Shown here: positions 11,929 through 24,635 of the stretch, one piece after another
Layout of the letters: every line of letters begins with the position of its first letter
Numbering within the stretch: position 1 is the first letter of the stretch
Assembly: GCA_003693705.1 (NCBI GenBank)
Contig: RBZT01000798.1
Location: 1 to 47,979, forward strand
Direction: 5' to 3'
DNA: 47,979 nucleotides
DNA from: Polymyxa betae A26-41
Lineage: Eukaryota > Protista > Endomyxa: Phytomyxea
The notes under the pieces: generated by a model
What the model was told of the DNA's origin: nothing
The model's input: the letters and a program-made list of their open reading frames with translations, nothing else
The model's database searches: none
Position numbers and translations under genes: made by a program

Positions 11929-12823
11929 ATGAAAAGTTTCAGACTTCAGCAACTATGCTTAACTTTGAAAGTTTTTTATAAAGAATTTCAAGCTGCCATT
12001 CGGGTATTACACGTTAATGAGTTGTATCACCGAACGGATTCGTCTTGGCTTGAGAATAATCTCCTGTTTAAATACATATTTGTGAAGTCCGTGATCTGAT
12101 GGCTCAGAGGCTATGAAGGACAATGGTTTGAAGGAATTGTACGGATCCAATTGAATTTGAAAATGAGCAGATTAAATTTTCAAGCAACTTGTTCAGCTGG
12201 AAAGTCTCGAAGCCGGTTCAGACGGATATATCGCCGGAAATGATCGAACGCACAGTCCGCTCGATCCAAACCGCATCGGACAAAAATCAACCGGAAACCC
12301 GATTATAAAAGAAGCTCAGCTATGCAACAAACTACAGTACCTACATCTTCACCGCGGACATCTTATGCAAATGATTGTGCGTATTGGTCCAGTGTATCGA
12401 TGTACATAGAAAGCGATCGCAGCCTATCAGAAACAGGATACAGTCGTACGGCAGAGAGTCGAAGAACCAGGTAAATGTAACATTATTAGACTTGGGGGTC
12501 TGCGTGCGTCAATCCTAAACAAGCAAATCATCGAGCGATTATTTGTATGCATTGTTGAGCGTTACTCCGAAATGCTGACTGATCACGGCCTAGAACATTG
12601 TCTCGCACTGCATGTTCGAATGCGCTATAGCAATGGCCAATCGCGCCAGTCATTTTTTCGAGAAGAAGACTTGGACGAGTTGTCATACGACATTGGGGTG
12701 TTTTACGCTAAAAACTCGAAAAAAATATCTTCACGATTAAAGAGCACTGGCAGGACGTGGACCAGAATGAAAATGTTCCCGGAACGCTCACCATCATAGC
12801 GAAGCAAATTTCATCAGCAGCGG

Positions 12824-12896
12824 GCTCTGCTAGCTCAGTTGGTAGAGCATTGGTCTAATAAGCCAAAGGTCGTCGGTTCGAGCCCGGCGCGGAGCA
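12824..12896 (+). tRNA. tRNA-Ile(AAT)
   Basis: Cloverleaf: acceptor GCTCTGC/GCGGAGC, D-arm GCTC/GAGC, anticodon arm TTGGT-CTAATAA-GCCAA, T-arm GTCGG-TTCGAGC-CCGGC. Followed by a T-run terminator. No encoded CCA. Confidence 0.96.
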
Positions 12897-14218
12897 TTTC
12901 TTTTTTCAGTCCGTCATCCTTTTGCGGAAATCAGAAATAGGTCCCATAACTGGTGCATGCGTAATCCTTAATACATAACATGATCCATGTGCCTGATCAT
13001 TATCAAGATCATACTTGTACAGGATTCTCCTGTCTAGTCATACCCAAATATGACAGATCTACCAACCTGGACGGTGACCGTAAAGGTACGATCACTTAGC
13101 GTGAGGCTGGAACTCATTGTATGAACACAATGGGCTTCCACGATGAACGTATCACTTGCTATCATTCCAGCTTGTGATTGTCATCGTATCAGTCTGACAG
13201 TTTCATCAAAAAACTAAATCGAATCAGCACTTTCATCGTACACATTGTCATCGAATTTGGCATTTTCCCTCATATTGACATTCTTTTTCAAAAGTAACAA
13301 GAATTCTCTGGGCTCTTTTTCGTTTCGTAGTCGAGCTCCCACAGTGGCATATCATCAAAAAATTCGCTTACTTTATCCCTAAGGGTTTTTCAGGCCTTTT
13401 TTGAGAGTTCCAGTTAAACCACTCAAATCCTCAGAAAATCCATGTACGGTACTGTACGACAATATTGTTTTTGCAACTGGTTCTGTGAAGTCACAGCAGG
13501 TCGGAATAGGTTTGAACACAAAATCTTTATTGACGGGTTTTGACCAAAATCCCGTTGCACGAAAACTGGATTAACGGGACCAACATGGAAAACATCATAT
13601 TTTCACGTGTTGCCCGGCAGTGGGATCGCCAATAAAGGCGACCATTTTTGTGATTTGTTCAAAGTTCACATCTGTACTGATAATTCAAAACAGATCGTTG
13701 ACAAGCTGGGGCTATGTTTATTGATTTGATACGTTTGCGAACCATACAATAATTGAGTGGCAGCACTACGACTTGCAGTGCGCATTGAATACAATTATTG
13801 GAACGCTATCATGAATTCAATCTCGAGGTCACAGAAGTGTAACGTGTCCTGCGACGGACTGACTGAACAGCCTCCCTGGATGAAATACAATGTTCATCAC
13901 CATTGCATTCCGTCACGCCGATGATCGCTCTTTAATTACGAAATTGAACTCTTTCCGGAGGTTTGGTAAAATATATCTGCTACGTTTTATATTGGTGTTT
14001 GATGTCTCCGACTGCTGCTGGCTTCTGAATTTATTGATCATGGAGATCACTATGATCCTTCTACGCTTTCCTTGTCATTTGCGAACGCGATAGCATCTTG
14101 GCTGTTTTTAGCAATGAGTACGTCAACGGGTAACGACAAGTCCAGCGATCTCGAAAAAATTCAAACGGCGTCACCAACTATGCAAGACGGTCGAACGTTT
14201 TGTCCACTAGTGGATAGA

Positions 14219-15447
14219 GGCCGCGCTGTCCCCTAGTGGACACCCTCGTCACAGCTATCCACTAGTAGACAGCGCGGCCTCAATCCACTATACTTTGTAT
14301 GGGATCTGCTCGTTGTCTTGGTCGATTCAGCGTTTCTGTGCCTTGCAACTTCCAATCACACCAATGGATAAGGCACCTTCGACTTTAGTCGTAGTTAAAG
14401 GAAAAATCAAATACGGCGCCGAAATTCTGAAGCAAGCTCTCCCTCAAATTGCCGGCATATTGGTGTCCTTAATAAATTCTGTTCGAAAGTATGGGCGTTT
14501 CTTGCTTCCAGCCCTATGATTGTCGGTTGGAACACTCCTATTCAGAATACAAATTGGAAAGTGGCAGATTATACTTGGCTAATTTAAAAAATTTTATCTG
14601 CCCGTCAGGTTTCAAGTTCGCATCCAGTTTGATTTCTGTAAGGCCACAAAACGAATTGATGTTTAAATTGTCTATTGCGTGGTTGTGATCTAAGCATTGT
14701 TTGAGAATACAGCAATCTACACTGTTGCGATCGAATCCGAATTGAATAAACCAACAACAGTTCGATTTTCCGTTCATGCTTTCGCAGCCGTTACCGGCGC
14801 CTTTGTAATTGTAATAGATCTTCCCTCGCTGTTAAATTTAGAACTAGGGTTATGTACAGGATGAGGATGAGAGTCAATGAATCTGTGCGCATTGACTGCC
14901 ACCACAAAACCAGAAGTTCGGGACAGTTCTCGGACGCATCCCACTTGCAGTTCGCCAGAGCTGAAGTGCTTGCCAACTTCAAACTGGCTCTGATCGGTTG
15001 AAGAAATTTTTCAGATCGTGATCGTGATCGTCTTCGTCATCCTCGATCGCTACTCGCAGATGCTCTGGCAGTCTTCCAAGAACTCATCCATTCGTTTTTG
15101 AAAATTGTTTTCATCTTTTTAAAATATATGCTCTTGCACTCCTGATGCAGGATCCGCAAAATCTGCAGTCGTGGCATTCGGTAAATCGTTCTGCGGCGGC
15201 GACTTTTCCCCGTTCCTTGCCACATTGCCCCCAGTCCAAATTCTCCAGAAAGAGTTCACTATAAAGTTGCGCTCACGGACACTAGCTAGGTTTCAGGCGA
15301 TTATTGGTGTAAGGGCGGCAGGATTCACTTCGATTTCCACTAAATTAAGACAGCGAGAAGATCCCATACAAAGAATAGTGGATTGAGGCCGCGCTGTCCA
15401 ATAGTGGATAGCTGTGACGAGGGTGTCCACTACGGGACAGCGCGGCC
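14219..15447 (-). mobile_element. Internally deleted Mutator-like (MULE) element with ~101-bp TIRs
   Basis: 14219-14319 and 15347-15447 are inverted repeats with ~6 mismatches. Minus-strand remnants FEVGKHFSS..RELSRTSGFVV, QRGKIYYN and KSNCCWFIQF..CLDHNH resemble the FAR1/WRKY-like Zn-finger of MULE transposases. No TSD found; the right end appears truncated. Confidence 0.65.
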
Positions 15448-16241
15448 CCGACTTCGTCTCCCGTGTCTACCATCTCTCCTACCGATTCGACCCCGACCTC
15501 ACCATCACAGATTTCATCCGCTTTCCGCACGACCAGCTCGCCGTACTGGCCCGCGTCTTCCCGAACCACGTTGTCCCCTGGATGATATTCTGTCAGTGGC
15601 GGATCAGCCAGGAGCTGAACTTGGCCTTTGATCAAAACCGGCTTTGGGGATTCACGATTCTGTCCAACATATTCCAAAACCGGACGCTGTTCCTGCGCTA
15701 TGTGGACCCGGCCGCGCTGGCGGACTCCGAGGTTCTCCGCATGCTTCTGCGGCTCGGGGTCCGATTCCGCCTGCACGAAATCACGCAAATCACGCACGAC
15801 CCTGAAACGCTGCGGACGTGCTGGCCCTACCTGGATAAGCAGTACCGTCAGTTCTGCCAGCAAGCGTTACAGCATCTGCGAGAGGACCAGCTCATGGAGC
15901 TGTTGAAGTGCGTGATGTTCGAACCACGCCCGGACGGCACTTGGGACGTTCCGGACCGGTGGCAGGGGTGGGTGACGCAGGAGGCCGCATTCCTCGATTT
16001 CATGCGCCGGGCGATCCTGCCGAATCTCGTCAATGACGGCATCGATGTGGGCGCCAAGACCATGCTCGACTGCGCTGCCAAGGAAGGGGCCACAACCATT
16101 GTCGAGTTTCTGATGAGCGTGCCGCGTTTGAATCTTTATATGAAAGATGATGCCGGAAAGACTGCATTGGATTATGCGGAGCAACCGTCCGCCGTTTACG
16201 ACTTGCTAAGGGCGGCCGGCGCGTACGTCGGCGATAACTAA
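15448..16241 (+). CDS. Ankyrin-repeat protein, 5'-truncated at the MULE TIR
   Basis: GC-rich open frame ending KTMLDCAAKEGATTIVEFLM..NLYMKDDAGKTALDYAE..YDLLRAAGA, which matches the ankyrin consensus. The called GTG start (15414) lies inside the TIR, so no native start is visible. Confidence 0.7.
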
Positions 16242-16443
16242 AGCTGTTTCATAAAGTGTTTAAGTGATTATTTGAAATTTGTGTGCTCATTGGCTGGATT
16301 CCATCATCGTGAGGCTTGAAGTTGAACGGCTTGAGAGAGCAAGTCAGATCGGCTCAGTCTGTCTCGGCTCGGCTGATGAGTCCGCGTCTACAGGCCAGGA
16401 GGCCAAGTCGGTCGGTGGAAAAGGCCAGTATCAGATATACATA

Positions 16444-17140
16444 CTGTACCGGACATCTTAATCCTGCGATGCGGTTGAAAATACTAAGCTTGGATAGAAA
16501 TTATTCCGAACAAGAATTTATTACTAAAGCAAAAACTTATCAGCACACAGAATTTTGTCCCTGGTTCTGTATGGAGATACCCAGTAACAAGACAATTTCA
16601 GTGAGCACTTTTGTTTCGTTCGCAGTTTTTTGCCTTAAAGAGTAAAAAAATGTATAACGTAGCGAGTAACTGAGCGCTTGAGTCGATGTATGGAAACCAT
16701 TGCTTGATTATTGAATAATTTTCCAAAATTTCCTTGTTAAATCAACTTCATCGAGATTTTCTGGACTTGTGCAAACGCTATAGCCGTGAATTCTGCAACT
16801 ACGGTACTGCAGAGCCTTCAAGAGACGGTTTCCTAGTTACTTGTATCGGTCAGCGCAATAAACTGGCCTTAAAGGTTTTACTTGATTTGCATTATTATCT
16901 AGAAGTTCGCACGAAACGCTTTTGATAAAAGCAGGCTTACAGGGGCAAGAGAAACTTGAAAGTAATAAGCAAGTAAATGGGCTGTCCGAAGATATCGTTG
17001 CCACCGTGCTTTTCCACAATCCAAATAAAACTTCGGCAAAAATATCGCGCGATTCTAGTAAGCAGCGTAAGTTTCAAAGAAATCCCCACGGACTTTAACT
17101 GCAAATGGGGACTGCTGGAGAATTAAGCTGTCCGGTACAG
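16444..17140. mobile_element. Non-autonomous Tc1/mariner-type element (MITE-like, 697 bp)
   Basis: ~24-bp TIRs CTGTACCGGACA(T/G)CTTAAT(C/T)CT, each flanked by TA (16442-16443, 17141-17142). No recognisable transposase inside. Confidence 0.75.
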
Positions 17141-18241
17141 TAGGAGGTGAGACGAAAATTGCTGAGTAGTTAGAAATGAGCGTCTTGCATCGGATAAGTT
17201 CGAAAAAAATTCGAACTGGAGATTACAGGCAAGCTACTTCATTCTGCAGATCTAGCTTCGAGTAACTTCGATCCAAACCACCTGCTTAACATATGCCTGG
17301 ACGAGCATGGCATTGTTCGAGGGGTATTGATCGAGGGACATTAAATTGTATGGCGGAACACGACGGTTTCCTGCGTTCCACGATAAATTTCAAACAGTTG
17401 ACGTATTTGTGAAACCTGTCGAAAATGAATGATCGTTTTAAGAAAATTCGATACACTTAAGTCCATTGTAGCTTCACCCTTTCTTTTTGAAAATGGATTG
17501 AATACTGAAAAATACAGTAGGGGCTCTGGGAGCTCTTTAGGCGATTGATGTCTGAAAGTCCCGGTCGTGCCTGTTCGGAATAGCGNNNNNNNNNNNNNNN
17601 NNNNNNNNNNNNNNNNNNNNNNNNNNNNNNNNNNNNNNNNNNNNNNNNNNNNNNNNNNNNNNNNNNNNNNNNNNNNNNNNNNNNNNNNNNNNNNNNNNNN
17701 NNNNNNNNGAGGTCCAGATAAATAGAAAAACACCGAATCGGAATGGCATGGAAAATTCTGTATTGCTACAAAGTCTCGGTACATGGGATAACATTGTAAA
17801 TACAAACTGGTTGCCAGTTGACAGGCGGCATGCAATCAGTCAAATACAGCCGAGAATGTCCTGCGTAGGCCGAATTCCAGAGGAGAAACATCACGTTGTT
17901 GTTCATTCACCCTAATTAGAGCGTTTAGTTTAGAGAATCACCAAATCTTGATTTCATGCGCCAGCAATGTTGCAGTCAAATAAAAAAAAGTTTTGGAAGA
18001 TCAAAGTGCGAATTGCGAGCGGAATTCGAATGGCAAATGTGAAAATGCCTGATCATCGAATTGAAAGCTTGAAAGCTGCTCGAAAATGGCGTCAAGCCAA
18101 AGCATTGAGAAAGAAGCAGAAAAGATCAATCTAGTATTTGACGGAAAGAAAACGCTGTGACAGAGGCAAAAAAATTTGATGCAACAGGAATGAAATGCTA
18201 TGGAAAAAAATGTTACGACTATGAAAAGCACCTTAAGATCG

Positions 18242-20508
18242 CTAAAAAACAAAGAGAACAGCAGAATAAAATATTGTAAACATATTGAAATGCAAAGCTG
18301 GATAGCAGGTTTGAATGTACCGATATTGGACGTGATTGACGCAGAGAGCAGTTTGCAGCCATGCATGAGAGAGATGATCTCGGGCTTCGACGCGCCGTTC
18401 CGGATCTATCTGTAGCATGGGGAGCAGGAAGGCTTCGATGGCGATCGCCTCCGTCATAGTAAAACCATACAGCTCCCAAAGCCGGCGTCGAATCGGATTA
18501 AGCTCCAGATCTGGATAGCGCAGCAATCGCCCAGCGCCGTCGAAAAGTGTTTGTACAAGAGGTAGATGCTGCAAGGTCGCTGGTAACGCACCAAGCACTT
18601 TCATATATGACGCTAGAACTGCTTCGGTCCTAGGGGCCTGATCAGCAATGGAGCGAAGCGACTCTATGAAGATGCAGCACAGACTCGGTTAGGCCTCGCT
18701 CTTGGAAGGGAGCCGGATCAAAGAGCTTGGCGCCGGTCAAAGCTTCGTAAATCGTACACCCCAAAGACCAAACATCAAAGGCTGTGTTGTCTGCAAGCAA
18801 TGGCAGTTGAGCAGTATGCGAAGCGAAACCAAAGCAAGTAGAAGGAACTTTAGTGCCATTGCGAAATTGAAAAAATTGAAAATCACGCTGAAAATATCAA
18901 GTTCAATATCATTATACAGTGAGACTGTGTAAAAGGAGTCACAGGAGGAGCACTTGAAAACGATGTAAATGCAGAAAGCAATGAAGTTGAACCGAAATCA
19001 AGTTGGAAAGTTAAAGATATTGCTTTGAAGATGATCAAAAAAGTGATGAAAAATGTGCTTGGAGTTAACGCCGAATCGGAAGAAAAATCAAGAAGTTGGA
19101 AGCTAGGGAAAAGAGCAAAATGGAAAGATGGTAAAAGCGTAAATGGAAACGGAACAGAGATGGACTTACAGTGCATTCCAAGTATAACTTCTGGAGCTCG
19201 GTAATGCAAGGACCCGAGAGGTGTGACAACCCTAGGTGTGGCGATATCACTTGATTCGCCCAGTTCGCATAATTTCACCACCGGGAGCGGGAATAGATAC
19301 CCCTCCAGTGCGTACATCTCATCGATCGTATCGCGATATTGCCCTTCCTGCAATGCTGTTGAATCAGCAACTAACATAATGTTGCTAGGGTTGACGTCGG
19401 TATGCACAATGCCGCATTGACGATGCATAAAGTCGAGAGCACGGAGCATATCGCGAGCAATCAGCCGGACCGAGACGATGGGGAGCGCTTGCCCCATAAT
19501 GGACCGAAGATCGCAGCGTGCTCGTTCGAAGATAATGGCGAGCTGCTGGCCCCCGATGCCGGGCACGCGGAAATCCTGATGGATTCGGAGCAGAGGCGAA
19601 TGCGAGAGCGGGATTCGGGCTTGCTCGAGCCCCTGGCGAATGATGGGAGCTAACTGGATCTCGCGGCGGATGCCATGCGAGTAGTGAACGTCGGCGCGCG
19701 CGAATTTGATCAGGACGTGCTCGCAGGACGGCGTCGTCTTTCTTGTGTACGTGTTTAGGTCGGCGGCTAGCCAGGTGGAGGTGGTGCGTTGCATGCTGAA
19801 TTTTTCGAAGATCATGTAGCGCTTCTCGTAAACATCGCCGCGAATCATCTGAACATTGTTAAAGACAGAAAGAAGAGAAAGATGACAGACAGCAAAAAAT
19901 ATAAGCTCAAATAAAAGAGTCTTGGCAATTCGTAAGGTAATAAAGATCGAAGCTCGAGCAGAGCCAGAAAAGGGAAGACATGAAAAGCAATATTACATAA
20001 CACTTACCGAAGGACAAAACGGAGATAAAAAAGGCAAAAACCAACGATAAAAAAGCAAAGCAGAAAAGATTGTCAGGGACGTTGCATAAACCAGATCAAA
20101 AGAATCAAGAGCTTAAGCAGGTCTTGAAAGCAACACAAAAAGGAATGATTATCTGGCACTTAACAAATGAAAAGTTAGTCCTCTAGCTTAGAGGCGAAGA
20201 AGAAGATGAAACGATTACTATTTGAAGAAACTCAGCAAACAGAAAGCTAAAACAACGAGTAAAGTTGAAGATAAAGGAGAACAGATTACTATTAGGTGAG
20301 GCGGCCTCGTTCGGGATATTATGCTTTCAAGTTCCCGAAAGTCACTGATATGAGCAGAGGAAATATAGTCATGATAAGCTCGGCGGTAGATCTGGTCGTT
20401 AGCTGACGCCAGGATATTGATTCGATCACGGAAATGTTCCCGGGTGTCTCGATAGGGCAACTCGGGCACAGGGGCCGGCCGAGGTGGCCGAGATCCAAAG
20501 GCACCCAT
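18242..20508 (-). CDS. SRPK/CMGC-like protein kinase, predicted catalytically impaired, with N-myristoylation motif
   Basis: Exons 20508-20290, 19848-19170, 18790-18685 and 18629-(18242?) join in frame via GT-AG introns. Motifs: HLIMIRGDVYEKRY, VLIK, IVHTDVNPSN, KLCELG, YRAPEVILG, DVWSLGCTIYE, FLLPMLQIDPERR..LSHAWL. The 3' end is uncertain. Confidence 0.82.
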
Positions 20509-23500
20509 GACAATAGAGAGAATGAGGATGTCGCAAGATCAACAACCCATATGACAGCGACCGATAGGACAGCGACCCATACGACAGCGATAACGTCTAG
20601 ATAGCGACGAGCCACAGGAACGTGATTCATACCGACCTCGATGGAAAGCCACGTCACTCCCAATGAGAAAATATCGCAAGGTAGAATAAACAAACAGCAG
20701 ACATTATTAGATGTGGTGGAAATGTTTTTTGCAAAGTCCGTCCAGAACATAATTGATTATCGAATTTGGAGAAGCTGTGGGACAATGTTTGAAAACCTGC
20801 GCAGTGTTTTGGGAAATGCTAAAGACTGGTTGACGCTGGAATAGCCAATAGGCCTCTCTCGTTTAGCTAAAATGCTTTAAGGTTTTGGGAAGTACGTAAA
20901 GTATTTGGAGATGCGCCTGCTGTTTTAAAATTGCGATTGTGTTTGGAAACGTGCGGGTAGTGTTTGGGGAAATGCGAAAGCCTGACTGCCGCTGGAACAG
21001 GCCTCTCGTTCTTCTTTAGTAAGCCTATAGTAAACAGCACTATTGAAATTACACAGCGGGTTGTGCTAGCTTGTTGTTCGGTTGGATTCCGCTTGGGGAT
21101 TATGAAGGTCATGGAGTTTGCAGCCTTACGAAAATTATGACGGCCGTTTCCTTTTCGCTATGATGTGAGCTATATTGATTGCTGCTCTCATGGCATCCTT
21201 CCTTTGTTAGACCAGTTGCAATGCTGATGTTTCGAAGCAAACAGTTAAAATAAGTTAATCGTTTTTTTGATCATGGTTAACTGTTAACATGATGATTTTT
21301 GAATCCGATATTCCATTTTTCTTGCAGTCAAATAGAAGCATCTAATCTACTTTGTATATTCGGCACGTAAGGTTTGGCCTCTAGGTCCAGGTTCCGGGAA
21401 TGAATCTATTAGAGCAGGAAGTCTGCATGGTTGTTGAATTTGCTTCATTTTTGCCTTGCGTGTCGTAGCGTCGTTTTGCTAAGAGCAAATGGAGTCCAAA
21501 TATATGAAGATATCGAGTCATTGACAATGCCAAACAAAGACAAAAAAATTCAGACAAACTGAGAAAAATGCAGGCTTGAATTTTGAATACAACGATGTAC
21601 ATTCGGCTGAATTTCTTCGGCGCATCATGAAAACGGGAATTTCGTCGAATGTTGCTTGAGCGCATTCTGGCTCAAACAGCCCGACCAATAATGAATCAGT
21701 GTGATAATAATGCAGCTAGAAGGTTCAAAGGAATTTGACAAAGGCCAAACTTTAGGCGGGCACTCGCTTCATGAATTTTGATGGTTTCAACTGTCAACAT
21801 CCATTAGTTTTGTGAAAACTGTTCTTTTCTGTAGAGTAAACTTTTACAAATCAGCCAGCACTGTATTCGGGTTGCTGCTCCATAACACCACCCGGAATAG
21901 CATAGTTGAGAGAAACTGAATTCGCCTCTTGAGAGATCGGACTCGAAATGAGCCGGAATTTTACAGTCACAAATTAAGCTGCAATTTCAACAAGTGCGAA
22001 GAAAAAATGTGGAAACTTGGTGAAAGTGCGCAAACTGACTGATGATCTTGATCGTCATAACAACGCTGTCACATGCCTGATCGGTACGCTTGTGGTGCAT
22101 CTCAATAATGAAGATAAAAAATCCTTGCTTTGGTTCTTGGCGCTCATGACATGAGAACAAACGGCCATCAACACTTCGTCATTGGACCAATCGTATTTTT
22201 AGAACATCCGCAATAATGTCACAATTCTTAATAGTACCAGCATCAATGATGGTCGCATTGTAATAGATCATACTCCAGTATTTGTCCCTGGTTCATGCAC
22301 GGCAGGATATAATTCGCATGACCCGGGCAGGCTTTGTCGAACCCGTCCTTGACCAGCAATGCGATTCTAATCATTTACGAGCGCCATGATCTAGGGGACA
22401 TTTGGCCGTCCTGGTTTCGTCAGGATCCCAATAGCTGAATGGAGCAAAAAGACGAACTGATTACGCCCATTCACAAAGTGCACAGACTTGCGAAATATTG
22501 CGAAGCAGAGCCTTCTGTTGCCGAGAAACTCCTTTCTGTGATCACGTTAGATCGTCAATGATACTGAACATCAATATGGTCACATAGTTTAGGGTACTCT
22601 CATACGCAAGGTCCACTGAAGGGATGCTTCATACAGAGATGCTGGATCGAGACCGGATCGCAGCAAACAACGATCTGCTCGACGATGATCTGGATGACAG
22701 CAATTAGCCTGACGAGCTCATGGCTTGTTACCTTGAAATCGCTGTAGCGTTCTGCGATAGCATTTGCAAGTCGATCGCTACCAGTATTAAATTCTAACAC
22801 TCTTCTTGCTGAGACGGCGCGCAGCCGTTGGATAGCTACGACAGCATAAAAGCTGCCACGAATAGGCAAAAGCCTCAAAAGCTACTTGATATTAGGGCCT
22901 TGTGCTTCTGGAGCGAGGCGTTCTTGGGGATAGGGTAGATGCATCACCATAAATCGTTAGCCAATCCTGATCGGTTCGGGGGTAACGGATCTCAGCAGCT
23001 TACATTGACACGTCATCAGATGTTTAAATAGCATCCCGCCATCGCTCAGCTCACCGATTTGCTGATATCGATTCGTCGTGATTTGCCGAGTATGCCCAGA
23101 ATGCCACAATTCGTGCATGATCAACAGGCAGAGGCAAATACAAACCGTGTTGAAAGGTCACGAAACTGTTTTGGTCTCAGCTGAAAAGCATTGCCAATAA
23201 AGACAGACGTTCTTGTTTGATGCAAACATGTTGCTATACGAGGCTGTAAGAACTGTTCATGGCTTTTATCAAGTCATGTGGAGATCCAGAGAAATATCTT
23301 ACTAACGGTGATCGATTTCAGATTCCGAATTCCACGATGTAAAGATGACAGATAGCCTTAGGGATTCTGGCTCTCGAAATCCTCTAACAAAGTTGAATCT
23401 GGACTTTGATAGAAGCCCAGATCCCGTTTAACATTGTCATATAATACTCGTCCATTCATAGACCATCTCGGGCAGAAATGCGACTTTCCAAATTTCGCTC

Positions 23501-23553
23501 ATTCTACACAGTGTTTGGATGATCCGCTGTGAATGGTGTTCGTCATCAATTGT

Positions 23554-23626
23554 TCCGATATAGTACAGGTGGTCAGTATACCAGTCTTTCACATTGGAGA
23601 CCGGGGTTCGAGTCCCCGTATCGGAA
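23554..23626 (+). tRNA. tRNA-Glu(TTC)
   Basis: Acceptor TCCGATA/TATCGGA, anticodon arm CCAGT-CTTTCAC-ATTGG, T-arm CGGGG-TTCGAGT-CCCCG, followed by TTTT. Confidence 0.96.
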
Positions 23627-24635
23627 TCTTTTGCAGATTCTGACGGGCTCACCCTGGCGGCGTCTATATCTTTCGCAGTTTCTGACAAAACAGTTGGCTC
23701 TTATTGCAGATATTTACATTTTATAGCTGATATTATCTAATAACTGATAAAGATGACTTCCATCGATATCCGCTCCCTGGCTTATAGCTGATACACTCTC
23801 TAATATTTGATAGCGTACTGGTATGAGAATTTCCAAAGCTGGTTATGAAAAAGTGCTCCAAAACCATCATGATATTGGTGCTGCGTTCGGACTTGATTGT
23901 GAATGCACCGCTCACAACAATCCATCCTTCGACCTACTTACTACCTACCCAACCATCCAGTTCTTTTCGACCAATTATTCTATCAAATAAAGAAGACACG
24001 GACAAGTACCTAACACTACCTCGCCATCGCATCCAATTCAGGTTTTAGGGTTCTCATAGTAGCTCGTGTCATTTTGAATCTTGGATTGTGGGCAATCACA
24101 CAAATAGTGTCACCCTTTGCCATGAGCTTAGTTATGGAGCCTGAGTAGTGAGTACATCGCAGAATGATAGCTTAAGTCTTCAGCCAGTTCCCACAACTTC
24201 GATAAATGCCCTAATGCGAGGAAAGGGACGTAACTTTGGTTCGAAACGATACTCTCTCAGATTGACGCCGGTTTTAAATCAGCGTGGGCGATTCAAATCA
24301 GCTTGATGCACCTTCAGAAACGATGCATCATGACTGGTAACGTTACATCATGGTACCGCAGGTGATGCAGTGAAACATGAGAATCAACCACGCAATTTTC
24401 TATCAGATTCATGCAATACAGTCAAGGTTTCAGTAATCATTTTCGGCAAATTTCGAGTAAAATGCAGAAATATATTTCGAAAAGCACGAGAAGCCTAATT
24501 TTAATCTTCGTTTTCGTCGTCGGTTTCCATTGAAGAAGAACGCCGGCGACTCGAACACGTTCTGGAACGATCGAGATTTTTACGTCGTTCGTGGGACGGT
24601 GAGTCGATCTGGCACGCGCCTCTCCTTCAGTCGTC

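Noticed and set aside
16372-16430. Hammerhead ribozyme (CTGATGAGTCC)
   Set aside because: No matching GGAC-GAAA stem II or closing stems nearby.
17572-17735. LTR spanning the N gap (TGTTCGG...AAAACA)
   Set aside because: No TSD or second copy is visible.
21380-23170. Decayed minus-strand gene(s)
   Set aside because: Coding-like patches but many stops and frameshifts and no recognisable motif; cannot be assigned. The same applies to 1-345, 12200-12800, 13000-14100, 30300-31000 and 38100-39010.
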